Of a stretch of 15,379 nucleotides of DNA, positions 7,021 to 14,792 are shown one piece after another. The notes beneath the pieces were generated by a model. The model was not told the origin of the DNA. It saw nothing but the letters and a program-made list of their open reading frames with translations, and searched no databases. Both the position numbers and the translations under genes were made by a program. The first letter of the stretch is position 1, and each line of letters begins with the position of its first letter. Source of the DNA: Candidatus Dadabacteria bacterium (GTDB lineage Bacteria > Desulfobacterota_D > UBA1144 > Nemesobacterales > CSP1-2); NCBI GenBank assembly GCA_040289575.1, contig PSLL01000020.1, positions 1-15,379 on the forward strand. Reading direction: 5' to 3'.

Positions 7021-7821
7021 TCAACTATCCTCACGAATATTACTACCCCAGCGCTCTTCTATATGGCGGACCTTCCATAAGAGGACAGAACCACCCCATG
7101 TAACAAGAAACATGCCGACAATCCCATATCCCAGTATCTCGAAGTCGAGTTTTCCTAAGAAGTTGAAAAATGGTCCCCCGAATTTTAGCTTATCGCTCAG
7201 TACCTGGAGCAGTTCGATTGTACCTATAATAAGGGCTACTGCAACCGATAGACCCGTGGTTGTGATATTATAGTAAATCTTACGCAATGGATTAGAGAAC
7301 GCCCATCTATAAGCCTTTGACATAAATGCACCATCTGCTGTATCCATCATTGACATACCTGCTGCAAAGAGTATTGGGAACGAGATGATAGCTAAAAAGG
7401 GAATCCTTCCTGTCGCCACACCAGCAGTTATGGCAAGCAATCCAATCTCCGAAGCGGTATCAAAGCCCAAACCAAAGAGTAAACCGAGTGGATACATCCG
7501 CCAACTGTGATTGATGAATCTCTGAAATCTGCCACCGAATATTCGGTTGAGCAAACCGCGCTGGCCAAGCAGCTCTTCTAAGTGCTCTCTTCTGTAAGTA
7601 CCATTTTTAAAATCCTGCCAGACCTTGATGATGTCTATAAGAACTAGAAGATTGAGGGTTCCGATGAGCCATAGAAATAGACCTGAAACACTGGCGCCGA
7701 TTATGCTCCCATAGCTTTGAAATTTGGGAATCTCCGATTCGACCGCCTTGGCCGCTACGGCCAGACCCAATGCCAGACCAAATACAATTGTTGAGTGGCC
7801 CAGAGAGAAGAAGAATCCCAC
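7021..7821 (-). CDS. HoxN/HupN/NixA family high-affinity Ni/Co permease (NiCoT), C-terminal part of a frameshifted gene
   Basis: NiCoT signatures GFFFSLGHSTIV, MYPLGLLFGLGFDTASEI, LFAAGMSMMDTADG and KIYYNITTT. Confidence 0.92.
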   Translation of the reverse strand: MGFFFSLGHSTIVFGLALGLAVAAKAVESEIPKFQSYGSIIGASVSGLFLWLIGTLNLLVLIDIIKVWQDFKNGTYRREHLEELLGQRGLLNRIFGGRFQRFINHSWRMYPLGLLFGLGFDTASEIGLLAITAGVATGRIPFLAIISFPILFAAGMSMMDTADGAFMSKAYRWAFSNPLRKIYYNITTTGLSVAVALIIGTIELLQVLSDKLKFGGPFFNFLGKLDFEILGYGIVGMFLVTWGGSVLLWKVRHIEERWGSNIREDS

Positions 7822-8105
7822 GCCCAGGGGTTTTTGCCCTTCTGAAGCAGAAACCGTGTCGTATCGTCAATAGCCGAAATATGATCGGCATCAAAGGCAT
7901 GACGCAGACCGAAGATATAGGCAAGGGCCCCGAGACCAGCCATTGCTGGGTAATGTGGCGCATAAATCAGGAACAAACCCCATCCTATGATATGGAGAAG
8001 TCCGACAAAGCCAAAGAAGCCAAACAAGCGAATCAGTTCACTGCTGGTAAATGGAGAATTTCGGCGCTCTGTCTCAGCTTGTAAGGTCATATATTGTCGT
8101 TTCAT
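7755..8105 (-). CDS. NiCoT permease N-terminal part (TM1-TM2), frameshifted at 7827-7835
   Basis: Hallmark GLRHAFDADHISAID. Adding one base in AAAAACCCC gives QKGK(K/N)PLGVGFFFSLGH, joining ORF 7021..7821. Start could be 8105 or 8090. Confidence 0.9.
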   Translation of the reverse strand: MKRQYMTLQAETERRNSPFTSSELIRLFGFFGFVGLLHIIGWGLFLIYAPHYPAMAGLGALAYIFGLRHAFDADHISAIDDTTRFLLQKGKNPWAWDSSSLWATQQLYLVWHWVWP

Positions 8106-8113
8106 TTTATGAC
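8086..8113. promoter_or_regulatory. Palindrome GTCATA-N16-TATGAC over the NiCoT translation start; candidate NikR operator
   Basis: GTCATA 8086-8091 and TATGAC 8108-8113 form a perfect 6-16-6 inverted repeat, the NikR-type geometry. Confidence 0.45.
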
Positions 8114-8261
8114 ACTAAATTATCCAGAGGACATAGTAAACGTATAATTCTACTCTATTTTTAAAAAGCATAAAAATATTAAATCCATAGTACTAAAATA
8201 TACGAGTAGAACATGTATCTTAGATGAATACAAATAGAAAATCTTATAAGGTTAAGAGTCC

Positions 8262-8675
8262 TTAGATACCCTCGCCCGAAGTAGTTCTGGCAAGCTGGCC
8301 GTGCTTGACCCCCTTGGTACCAATTAATTTATCGGCAAATTTCTTTATCTCGGAACTTTTTCCCCTAACAACAATAGCTTCTAAACAGTTATCGTGGTCT
8401 AAATGCACATGGAGAGCAGAATTGATCATACTGCTATGCATGTGCTGCAGGTCTGTCAGTTTATCCATAAGTTCCCGAATATGATGGTTATATACAATAG
8501 TTACAACACCTACAGTCTCTTTATCGCTCTCCCACTCAGTTTCAGTGATGTAATTTCGAATAAGGTCCCGAATGGCTTCAGAGCGATTGACATAGCCTTT
8601 TTCTTCTATGATCTTATCAAACCTCTCAATAAGGTCTGAGCTAATCGAGATCCCCAATCGAATCAAATCACCCAT
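8262..8675 (-). CDS. nikR: Nickel-responsive transcriptional regulator NikR
   Basis: RHH N-terminus (RLGISI...[11 protein letters not shown]) and Ni-binding domain with YNHH and [11 protein letters not shown]; 137 aa. Confidence 0.97.
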   Translation of the reverse strand: MGDLIRLGISISSDLIERFDKIIEEKGYVNRSEAIRDLIRNYITETEWESDKETVGVVTIVYNHHIRELMDKLTDLQHMHSSMINSALHVHLDHDNCLEAIVVRGKSSEIKKFADKLIGTKGVKHGQLARTTSGEGI

Positions 8676-8746
8676 GACTCTATATTATAGACAGCATTCT
8701 AAAAACTCTCAATATCTAAGATGAGATAAATCGAAACCATAAAAAC

Positions 8747-8776
8747 TTGACATAACACTTATCCCCTAATCATACT
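8747..8776 (+). promoter_or_regulatory. Sigma70-like promoter TTGACA-N18-CATACT for the di-heme peroxidase gene
   Basis: Perfect -35 at 8747-8752 and CATACT at 8771-8776, about 50 nt upstream of ATG 8828. Confidence 0.5.
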
Positions 8777-8827
8777 ATTTAGTGTTCCTAATTCCCCACT
8801 AAAAGGAAAATAGACCTATATTATTAA

Positions 8828-9874
8828 ATGAAGAAAATAATTCTATTAATCCCTTTCTTTGGGATTCTCTTTATATGCATAAGTGTAAAAGTATATTCAA
8901 AGCAATCTGCTAATAATGTATATCATCTCAATCTTCCACTCGGACTCGATGAATTTGCCATTGAAATTCCCAAAGACAACCCAATTACAAAAGAGAAAAT
9001 CGCATTAGGGAAAGAACTCTACTTCGATCCGAGGCTTTCGGCAGATGGAACCATCTCCTGCGCCTCATGTCATAATCCAAAACTCGCTTTTACAGACGGA
9101 CTACCCGCTTCAGTTGGAATAAAGGGGCAGATGGGGAGAAGGAGCGCGCCCACAATTATAAACAGAGTCTTCGGCAAGGTTCAATTTTGGGATGGAAGAG
9201 CCTCATCGCTTGAGGAGCAGGCAAAAGTCCCAATGATAAACCCAACCGAGATGGGAAACAGAGACTACGACGAGGTAGTAAGGCGGCTGAGAAATATTAA
9301 GGGGTATAGAGAAGGGTTCAAAAAGGCTTTCGGCACAGAAGAATTTACGATTGAACATGTTGCAGAAGCCATAGCATCCTTTGAAAGAACCGTGGTTTCG
9401 GGAGACTCTCCATTTGATAAATTTGAATCGGGCGGAGATGAAAAAGCCATATCCGAGTCGGCAAAAAGAGGGCTCGAAATATTCCACGACAAGGGCAGAT
9501 GCACTGAATGCCATGCCGGTTTTAATTTCACAGATGAAAGGTTCCACAACACCGGCGTAGGAATGAATAAGCCCAATCCGGATTTGGGAAGATATGAGAT
9601 AACAAAGAAGGAAGAGGATAGAGGCGCGTTTAAAACCCCGACACTAAGAGAGATAGCCCGTACAGGCCCTTATATGCACGATGGAAGCCTCGAGACCCTT
9701 GATGAAGTAGTCGAATTCTATAATAAGGGCGGGATTAAAAACCCGAATCTGGATAAAGAGATGAAGCCGCTTAACCTGACTGAAGAAGAGAAAAGAGATT
9801 TGGTAGAGTTTCTAAAAACATTAAACGGCGAGGGATGGCAAGAGATTACAATTCCTGCAAAACTCCCCCAATGA
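8828..9874 (+). CDS. Periplasmic di-heme cytochrome c peroxidase family protein (CCP_MauG), MauG/MbnH/BthA-like
   Basis: Signal peptide; two CxxCH motifs (CASCH, CTECH); LGKELYFDPRLS, QFWDGRA, FKTPTLR and TGPYMHDGS; Tyr (VVEFYN) at the heme-2 distal ligand position. Confidence 0.93.
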   Translation: MKKIILLIPFFGILFICISVKVYSKQSANNVYHLNLPLGLDEFAIEIPKDNPITKEKIALGKELYFDPRLSADGTISCASCHNPKLAFTDGLPASVGIKGQMGRRSAPTIINRVFGKVQFWDGRASSLEEQAKVPMINPTEMGNRDYDEVVRRLRNIKGYREGFKKAFGTEEFTIEHVAEAIASFERTVVSGDSPFDKFESGGDEKAISESAKRGLEIFHDKGRCTECHAGFNFTDERFHNTGVGMNKPNPDLGRYEITKKEEDRGAFKTPTLREIARTGPYMHDGSLETLDEVVEFYNKGGIKNPNLDKEMKPLNLTEEEKRDLVEFLKTLNGEGWQEITIPAKLPQ

Positions 9875-9970
9875 GTTCGATTTACACAACCCAGTTATAA
9901 TATCCCTATGATTTGTAAACCTATAGACCAAACTAAAATAGAATCTAAAGATGAAACTAAATGTAGGTCG

Positions 9971-10168
9971 CTAATCGGTTTCCAATTCTCGTCCTAATGT
10001 CCACGCCGGAGGATCGCTTGCCGGAAAAAAATCCCTCCCGGCGATTGTCACAATGTCCTCTTCACCTTCATTGGGTGTTTTATTATCTTCGACGGCGGAT
10101 CCCCGAGCGACCACTGTCGGATGCGCCGCCATAATCCCCCGTCCACTAAAATCTCCCTTTTGGCTCAT
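9971..10168 (-). CDS. Small conserved hypothetical protein with (S/F)FPASDPPAW motif, 65 aa
   Basis: ATG at 10168 with AGGGG about 7 nt upstream. C-terminal DIVTIAGRDFFPASDPPAWT matches, from recall, a widespread small-protein motif. Confidence 0.7.
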   Translation of the reverse strand: MSQKGDFSGRGIMAAHPTVVARGSAVEDNKTPNEGEEDIVTIAGRDFFPASDPPAWTLGRELETD

Positions 10169-10241
10169 GATCAATCCCCTATCTCAGTCCAAATTTCCAG
10201 ATTATCCGATAAAAAAATATTGCTTCACTTGATTTTTAAAA

Positions 10242-11786
10242 CTAGAGCCCCCTCTTACGTGCCGGGACACCCAGTGCAACAACGAATATTGTACCCTTTC
10301 CCTTAGCATGTGGAGAGAAAAACTCTGTGACATCGTCGTCATAAAATGTAAGCCCGGTTGCACCAAGATTTAGTGCATAAGCACCGAGATAGAGCCTTCC
10401 CCCTATAATCCCTGATTCAATCTGGACGGCGCGGTAACCGCGATTGCCGAACTGCTCAAGTATGCGGTTTAAGTCAGACATAAAAAACACCACTGCGCTT
10501 GCGTCCCGTCCGAGAGATTGCTCAAGTGTGAGATAACCAGATGCCTGACGGAAAGAGCCCTCTTTAAGAAGCTCAAGCGCTTTTTCTTCTCGATGAAAGA
10601 AATACGACCCCGAAGGAATTTCATCAACCGCATTGATTATAATGTACACATCGTTTAGACTCACTTCCACAGGTTCTAAAAAGTCGGCGGGGACGCCTCG
10701 TGTCGCACAGCCAAGTATGGTCGAGAGTTGTTGAAAGGTTATCGAATGATGAGAAAACATTCTCGTCGATCCTCTTCGCGCAATCACCTCTTGAACAGTA
10801 TCTCTTGGCATTCCCTCTACAGGAATCTCTTTTAAATAAAATAGCCTTCCTTCGGGCTTAGGAATTTCAAAATGCGAGATTCTACCGCGCCAATTTATAA
10901 CCTCCTCCTTACTTTTAAGTGAAGAAGCAGAATGCATCTTTCGAATCGCGGGATAATCAACCTTCTCTTTTGAAAGAGGAAGAGTTTTAAGATTGAGCGC
11001 GGGTATTTTATGGGGCGGCTCAGGAGGCGGAGCCGTGTTCCTTCCAATAGGGACTAAGCATAGGCTCAATTCACCCTCACCATCAATTCCAAGAAGGCTA
11101 TTTACCTCATCATCTATAAAGCCCGCGACGATTTTTGCCGGCATATCGGATGCGGTGGAAATGGCAAGTGTATTTGCAATTATAGTTCCCGCATCCCAGA
11201 AATGATAACGGTATGAGCGGGATTGATATTTCCACGAACTCCGCCATGTAATCGCCGTATAAACCAGAATAACGGGAGCCTCACCGATGGATTTCTCATT
11301 GCCTGAGGCGTTTAAAATGACGCCGCGCCAGTCGCCTTTCCTGAGATTCTTCAGCGTAAAATCGCGGGAGCTGAAATGATAAACTCCGGCTTCTAAATCG
11401 GGCAAATCCCTACACACGACATAAACCTCAATCGGATATAGGGCGCCTGCGCAGGGTGCAGCGCGAAAATCAATCTTAACTCCGCCGGAAAAAGTTCTCT
11501 TTCGTATGACTCCTGCGGAGTAAAAAAGTATATTTGCTAATTCCACAAGACTCGGTATTGATTCTATTTGTGAATCCTCTAATACAGTTGAGATGGCCTC
11601 AATCATAGAGGTCTTTAAATCAGGAAAATTTCTGGGGAGCGAGATAGATTCCGCATCTGGATAAATCTTGTAAGGGGAGGGTTGATTTTCCCAGTCGAGA
11701 TAATGAGGATTTGTACGGACACTCATATAAGAATGCTTGGTCGCGTTATGATACCTCCAAGCCTCCTCAATATTACGGTTTTCCAT
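10242..11786 (-). CDS. SagB/ThcOx-family dehydrogenase with two nitroreductase-fold domains
   Basis: YHNATKH...LDWENQP.PYK.Y; RAAPCAGALYPIEVY; WRSSWKYQSRSYR; second domain IARRGSTR, GNRGYR and LGATGLTFYDD. RBS GGAGGG. Confidence 0.9.
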   Translation of the reverse strand: MENRNIEEAWRYHNATKHSYMSVRTNPHYLDWENQPSPYKIYPDAESISLPRNFPDLKTSMIEAISTVLEDSQIESIPSLVELANILFYSAGVIRKRTFSGGVKIDFRAAPCAGALYPIEVYVVCRDLPDLEAGVYHFSSRDFTLKNLRKGDWRGVILNASGNEKSIGEAPVILVYTAITWRSSWKYQSRSYRYHFWDAGTIIANTLAISTASDMPAKIVAGFIDDEVNSLLGIDGEGELSLCLVPIGRNTAPPPEPPHKIPALNLKTLPLSKEKVDYPAIRKMHSASSLKSKEEVINWRGRISHFEIPKPEGRLFYLKEIPVEGMPRDTVQEVIARRGSTRMFSHHSITFQQLSTILGCATRGVPADFLEPVEVSLNDVYIIINAVDEIPSGSYFFHREEKALELLKEGSFRQASGYLTLEQSLGRDASAVVFFMSDLNRILEQFGNRGYRAVQIESGIIGGRLYLGAYALNLGATGLTFYDDDVTEFFSPHAKGKGTIFVVALGVPARKRGL

Positions 11787-11929
11787 AAGACCCTCCGACT
11801 TCTTTACTCTCCTCTGTATTGATAGAGTTTGAATTCATCTATTAACACCTTTTAATCTCCGACTTTATAAGATAAAAACCTTTATCCAAATACTAAAAAT
11901 AGGATAGCACAAATGTAGGTTGACAGTCG

Positions 11930-11945
11930 GGAGAAAAATTTCTCC
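11930..11945. promoter_or_regulatory. Palindrome GGAGAAA-AA-TTTCTCC between two TTGACA hexamers in a divergent intergenic region
   Basis: Perfect 7-2-7 inverted repeat; TTGACA at 11920-11925 and 11946-11951. Confidence 0.45.
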
Positions 11946-12023
11946 TTGACAAGGGTATATTTTCTTGAGGCAATAAAACGGAAAAAATTCGTACATAACA
12001 AGTTATAATAAAGGAGAAACACT

Positions 12024-12119
12024 ATGTCAAAAATTAATGAAATTGCCCCTGATGTTTACCGAATCTCGATACACAAAATAGGTCAGAGGCCTTTTTCAAA
12101 AAAACGAGAAAGGAGATAA
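12024..12119 (+). pseudogene. 31-aa ORF, probable 5' remnant of an MBL-fold metallo-hydrolase gene
   Basis: Strong RBS AAGGAG. MSKINEIAPDVYRISI resembles, from recall, N-termini of MBL-fold proteins; it is followed by a basic unrelated tail and a stop 3 nt before the GNAT ATG. Confidence 0.55.
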
Positions 12120-12122
12120 CCA

Positions 12123-13091
12123 ATGGAAACTCAACAACCACCCGGAATGACGGACATCACTATTCGTCCGCTTCAAGAGAGTGATCTCCCCACCGCCGAC
12201 CGCATCTTCCGGTTAGCCTTTGGTACTTTCCTAGGGCTTCCTGACCCGATGATGTTCTTCGGCGATGCGGACTACGTCAGGACGCGCTGGCTGGCTGATC
12301 CGTCCGCCGCCTTTGGGGCCGAGATTGGAGGTGAGCTTGTCGGTTCCAACTTTGCAACCAACTGGGGCAGTGTGGGGTTCTTTGGACCGTTAACGATACG
12401 TCCAGACCTCTGGGACCGAGGCATCGCCAAGCACCTGATGGAGCCGATAATGGGGCTTTTCTCCAATTGGGGAACCAAGCATATAGGTCTATTCACCTTT
12501 GCCCAAAGTCCAAAGCATATACACCTATATCATAAGTTTGGCTTCTGGCCGCGTTTTCTCACCAAGGTCATGTCGAAGCCCATCGAGCAAAGAGCAGGTG
12601 TGCCTCAATGGTCGAGATATTCTGAGATGCCGGAGAGCAAACGAGAAGGATGCCTCAATGCCTGCTATGAACTGACCGACACAATCTACAAAGGGCTAAA
12701 TGTAGAGCGGGAAATCCGGGCTGTCTATACCCAAGGACTCGGCGACACTGTGCTAATCTGGGACAACTCTAAACTGGTCGGTCTTGCTGTCTGTCACTGG
12801 GGAGCGGACACCGAGGCCGGGAGCGGTGCGTGCTATGTCAAATTCGGAGCCGTGCGGCCGGGATCAAATGCAGAGCGGGTTTTTGATCGGCTTTTGGATG
12901 CCTGTGAGGCACTGGCCCTCTCGAAGGGTATGTCACGTCTCGTTGCCGGGGTCAATACGGGTCGCCATAAGGCTTATCACAAGATGATAGCGCGGGGCTT
13001 CCATGCCGACATGCAGGGAGTCGCGATGCACAGACCCAATAAGTCCGGTTATAATCGTCCTAATGTCTACATCATTGATGATTGGCGCTAA
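12123..13091 (+). CDS. GNAT family N-acetyltransferase (tandem GNAT fold)
   Basis: IRPLQESDL start, acetyl-CoA-binding motif A (GPLTIRPDLWDRGIAKHLM), LYHKFGF; RBS AAGGAG. Confidence 0.88.
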   Translation: METQQPPGMTDITIRPLQESDLPTADRIFRLAFGTFLGLPDPMMFFGDADYVRTRWLADPSAAFGAEIGGELVGSNFATNWGSVGFFGPLTIRPDLWDRGIAKHLMEPIMGLFSNWGTKHIGLFTFAQSPKHIHLYHKFGFWPRFLTKVMSKPIEQRAGVPQWSRYSEMPESKREGCLNACYELTDTIYKGLNVEREIRAVYTQGLGDTVLIWDNSKLVGLAVCHWGADTEAGSGACYVKFGAVRPGSNAERVFDRLLDACEALALSKGMSRLVAGVNTGRHKAYHKMIARGFHADMQGVAMHRPNKSGYNRPNVYIIDDWR

Positions 13092-13190
13092 CATGAAATA
13101 GACTGTGCCGTAGCATATCCAAGTGTTGAAATTCTATGTAATCAATGTAACTTTCTACAAAGAAAAAAATCGTATCGAATAAATACCGAG

Positions 13191-14792
13191 ATGGAATTCA
13201 ATTACGAAAATCTATGCCGCTCATGGAAATGGAAGATTCCCAACTACTACAATATTGGTCGCGACTGTACGGACAAACACGCAAAAAGAGAATCACACAG
13301 GAATAAGGTCGCTTTGTACTGGGAAAATGAAGAGGGCGAAACCAGAAGGTTTACATTCGCCGAACTTGCAAGCATTACAAACCGGCTAGGAAACGCTCTT
13401 CTCTCACTTGGATTTCAAAAAGGCGATCGTCTCCTCATACGCCTCCCCAACATTCCAGAGTTTCCTCTCACTTTCTTAGGAGCTATAAAGATCGGTGCCG
13501 TCCCAATCCCAACGAGCACTATGCTCACGTCTGAAGAGGTTGGCTATTTACTTGATGATAGCAGGGCAAAGGGGGTGGTCTCTACATCCGAATTATACGA
13601 GGCCTTGGAAATAAACCGGGGACGGCACAGGGAATTTAAATATGTGCTTATAATCGGAAATCCCACTCCTTCGGGATGTATAGATTTCCCGGATTTGATA
13701 AACAAAAGCCCTGAGAATCTAGATGTCCCTGAAACAAAAGCCGATGACATAGCCTATATATGCTACACATCCGGCACAACAGGCTTTCCAAAGGGCGTGG
13801 TTCATGCACAACGCGCCCTTATCGGACATGACCCCGCCGCTACTTACTGGCAATCTCTAAAGCCCGATGATATTGTTATGCACGCGGGAAAATTAAATTG
13901 GACATATACGCTGGGCACGGGGTGTCTTGACCCTTGGCGTCACGGCTGCACAACTGTAATCTACGGGGGGGAGCATAATCCAAAGAAATTCTTTGAGCTG
14001 ATTTCTAAATACCGTGTGAATGTATTTATGGCCGTGCCTACGGTTTATCGTCAGATGATCCGTATATCGGATGAAATTGACATTGATCTCTCAAGCCTCC
14101 GCCATGCCCTTAGCGCAGGCGAGCATCTAAGCGAAGAGCTATTTCTTTCTTGGAAAAACAAATTGGGAATAAAACTCTACGATGGGCTTGGAATGAGTGA
14201 GTTTAGTTATTATCTCTCAAACATGCCCGGGATGCCTATAAAGCCCGGCTCGCCCGGAAAACCTCAGCCGGGGCATAGCTCCACACTATTTGATGAAGAT
14301 GGAAAAGAGGTTGGTGTGGGAGAGATTGGAGTCTTGGCTACTCCTAAAGACGACCCCGGAATTATGCTTAGATACTGGCAAAGACCCCAAGAAACCGAAA
14401 TGATGTTTCGTGGAAATTGGTTTATAAGCGGCGATTTCTTCTATAGAGATGAAGATGGGTATTTCTGGATTGTGGGAAGAGAAGACGACATAATAACAAC
14501 GTTTGGGTATCGCGTCTCGCCATTTGAAGTAGAAAGGGTTCTCTCCGAGCATCCGGCGATTAGTGAGTGCGCGGTAACCGGGACAAACCTTGGAGAGGAT
14601 AAAACTATTACAACTGCATTCGTCGTTCTTAAAGAAAGAAATGAATCAGAAAAACTAAAGCAGGAGCTTTTGGACTACACACATAAGCGTCTTGCCAGAT
14701 ACAAATGCCCTAGAGAGATAATCTTCCTTGAATCGCTTCCTAAGACCGCAAATGGAAAGATTAGGCGGAAGGTGCTGAGGGAAGGCTACTAG
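13191..14792 (+). CDS. AMP-dependent acyl-CoA synthetase/ligase (medium-chain or aryl-CoA ligase type)
   Basis: P-loop YTSGTTGFPKG, SAGE, YDGLGMSE, SGD, GREDD and LPKTANGKIRR; 533 aa. Confidence 0.93.
   Translation: MEFNYENLCRSWKWKIPNYYNIGRDCTDKHAKRESHRNKVALYWENEEGETRRFTFAELASITNRLGNALLSLGFQKGDRLLIRLPNIPEFPLTFLGAIKIGAVPIPTSTMLTSEEVGYLLDDSRAKGVVSTSELYEALEINRGRHREFKYVLIIGNPTPSGCIDFPDLINKSPENLDVPETKADDIAYICYTSGTTGFPKGVVHAQRALIGHDPAATYWQSLKPDDIVMHAGKLNWTYTLGTGCLDPWRHGCTTVIYGGEHNPKKFFELISKYRVNVFMAVPTVYRQMIRISDEIDIDLSSLRHALSAGEHLSEELFLSWKNKLGIKLYDGLGMSEFSYYLSNMPGMPIKPGSPGKPQPGHSSTLFDEDGKEVGVGEIGVLATPKDDPGIMLRYWQRPQETEMMFRGNWFISGDFFYRDEDGYFWIVGREDDIITTFGYRVSPFEVERVLSEHPAISECAVTGTNLGEDKTITTAFVVLKERNESEKLKQELLDYTHKRLARYKCPREIIFLESLPKTANGKIRRKVLREGY

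Noticed and set aside
7607..8084. ORFs 7607..7963(-) and 7770..8084(+)
   Set aside because: Alternate frames overlapping the NiCoT gene.
8828..9874. Naming the gene mauG or ccpA
   Set aside because: No methylamine dehydrogenase genes nearby, and the Tyr at the ligand position argues against a classical CcpA; symbol left blank.
10242..11786. Calling a canonical TOMM/LAP (azole RiPP) cluster
   Set aside because: No YcaO cyclodehydratase and no Cys/Ser/Thr-rich precursor in the window.
12004..12009. Perfect TATAAT as the -10 for the GNAT unit
   Set aside because: It directly abuts the RBS at 12011 and has no correctly spaced -35.
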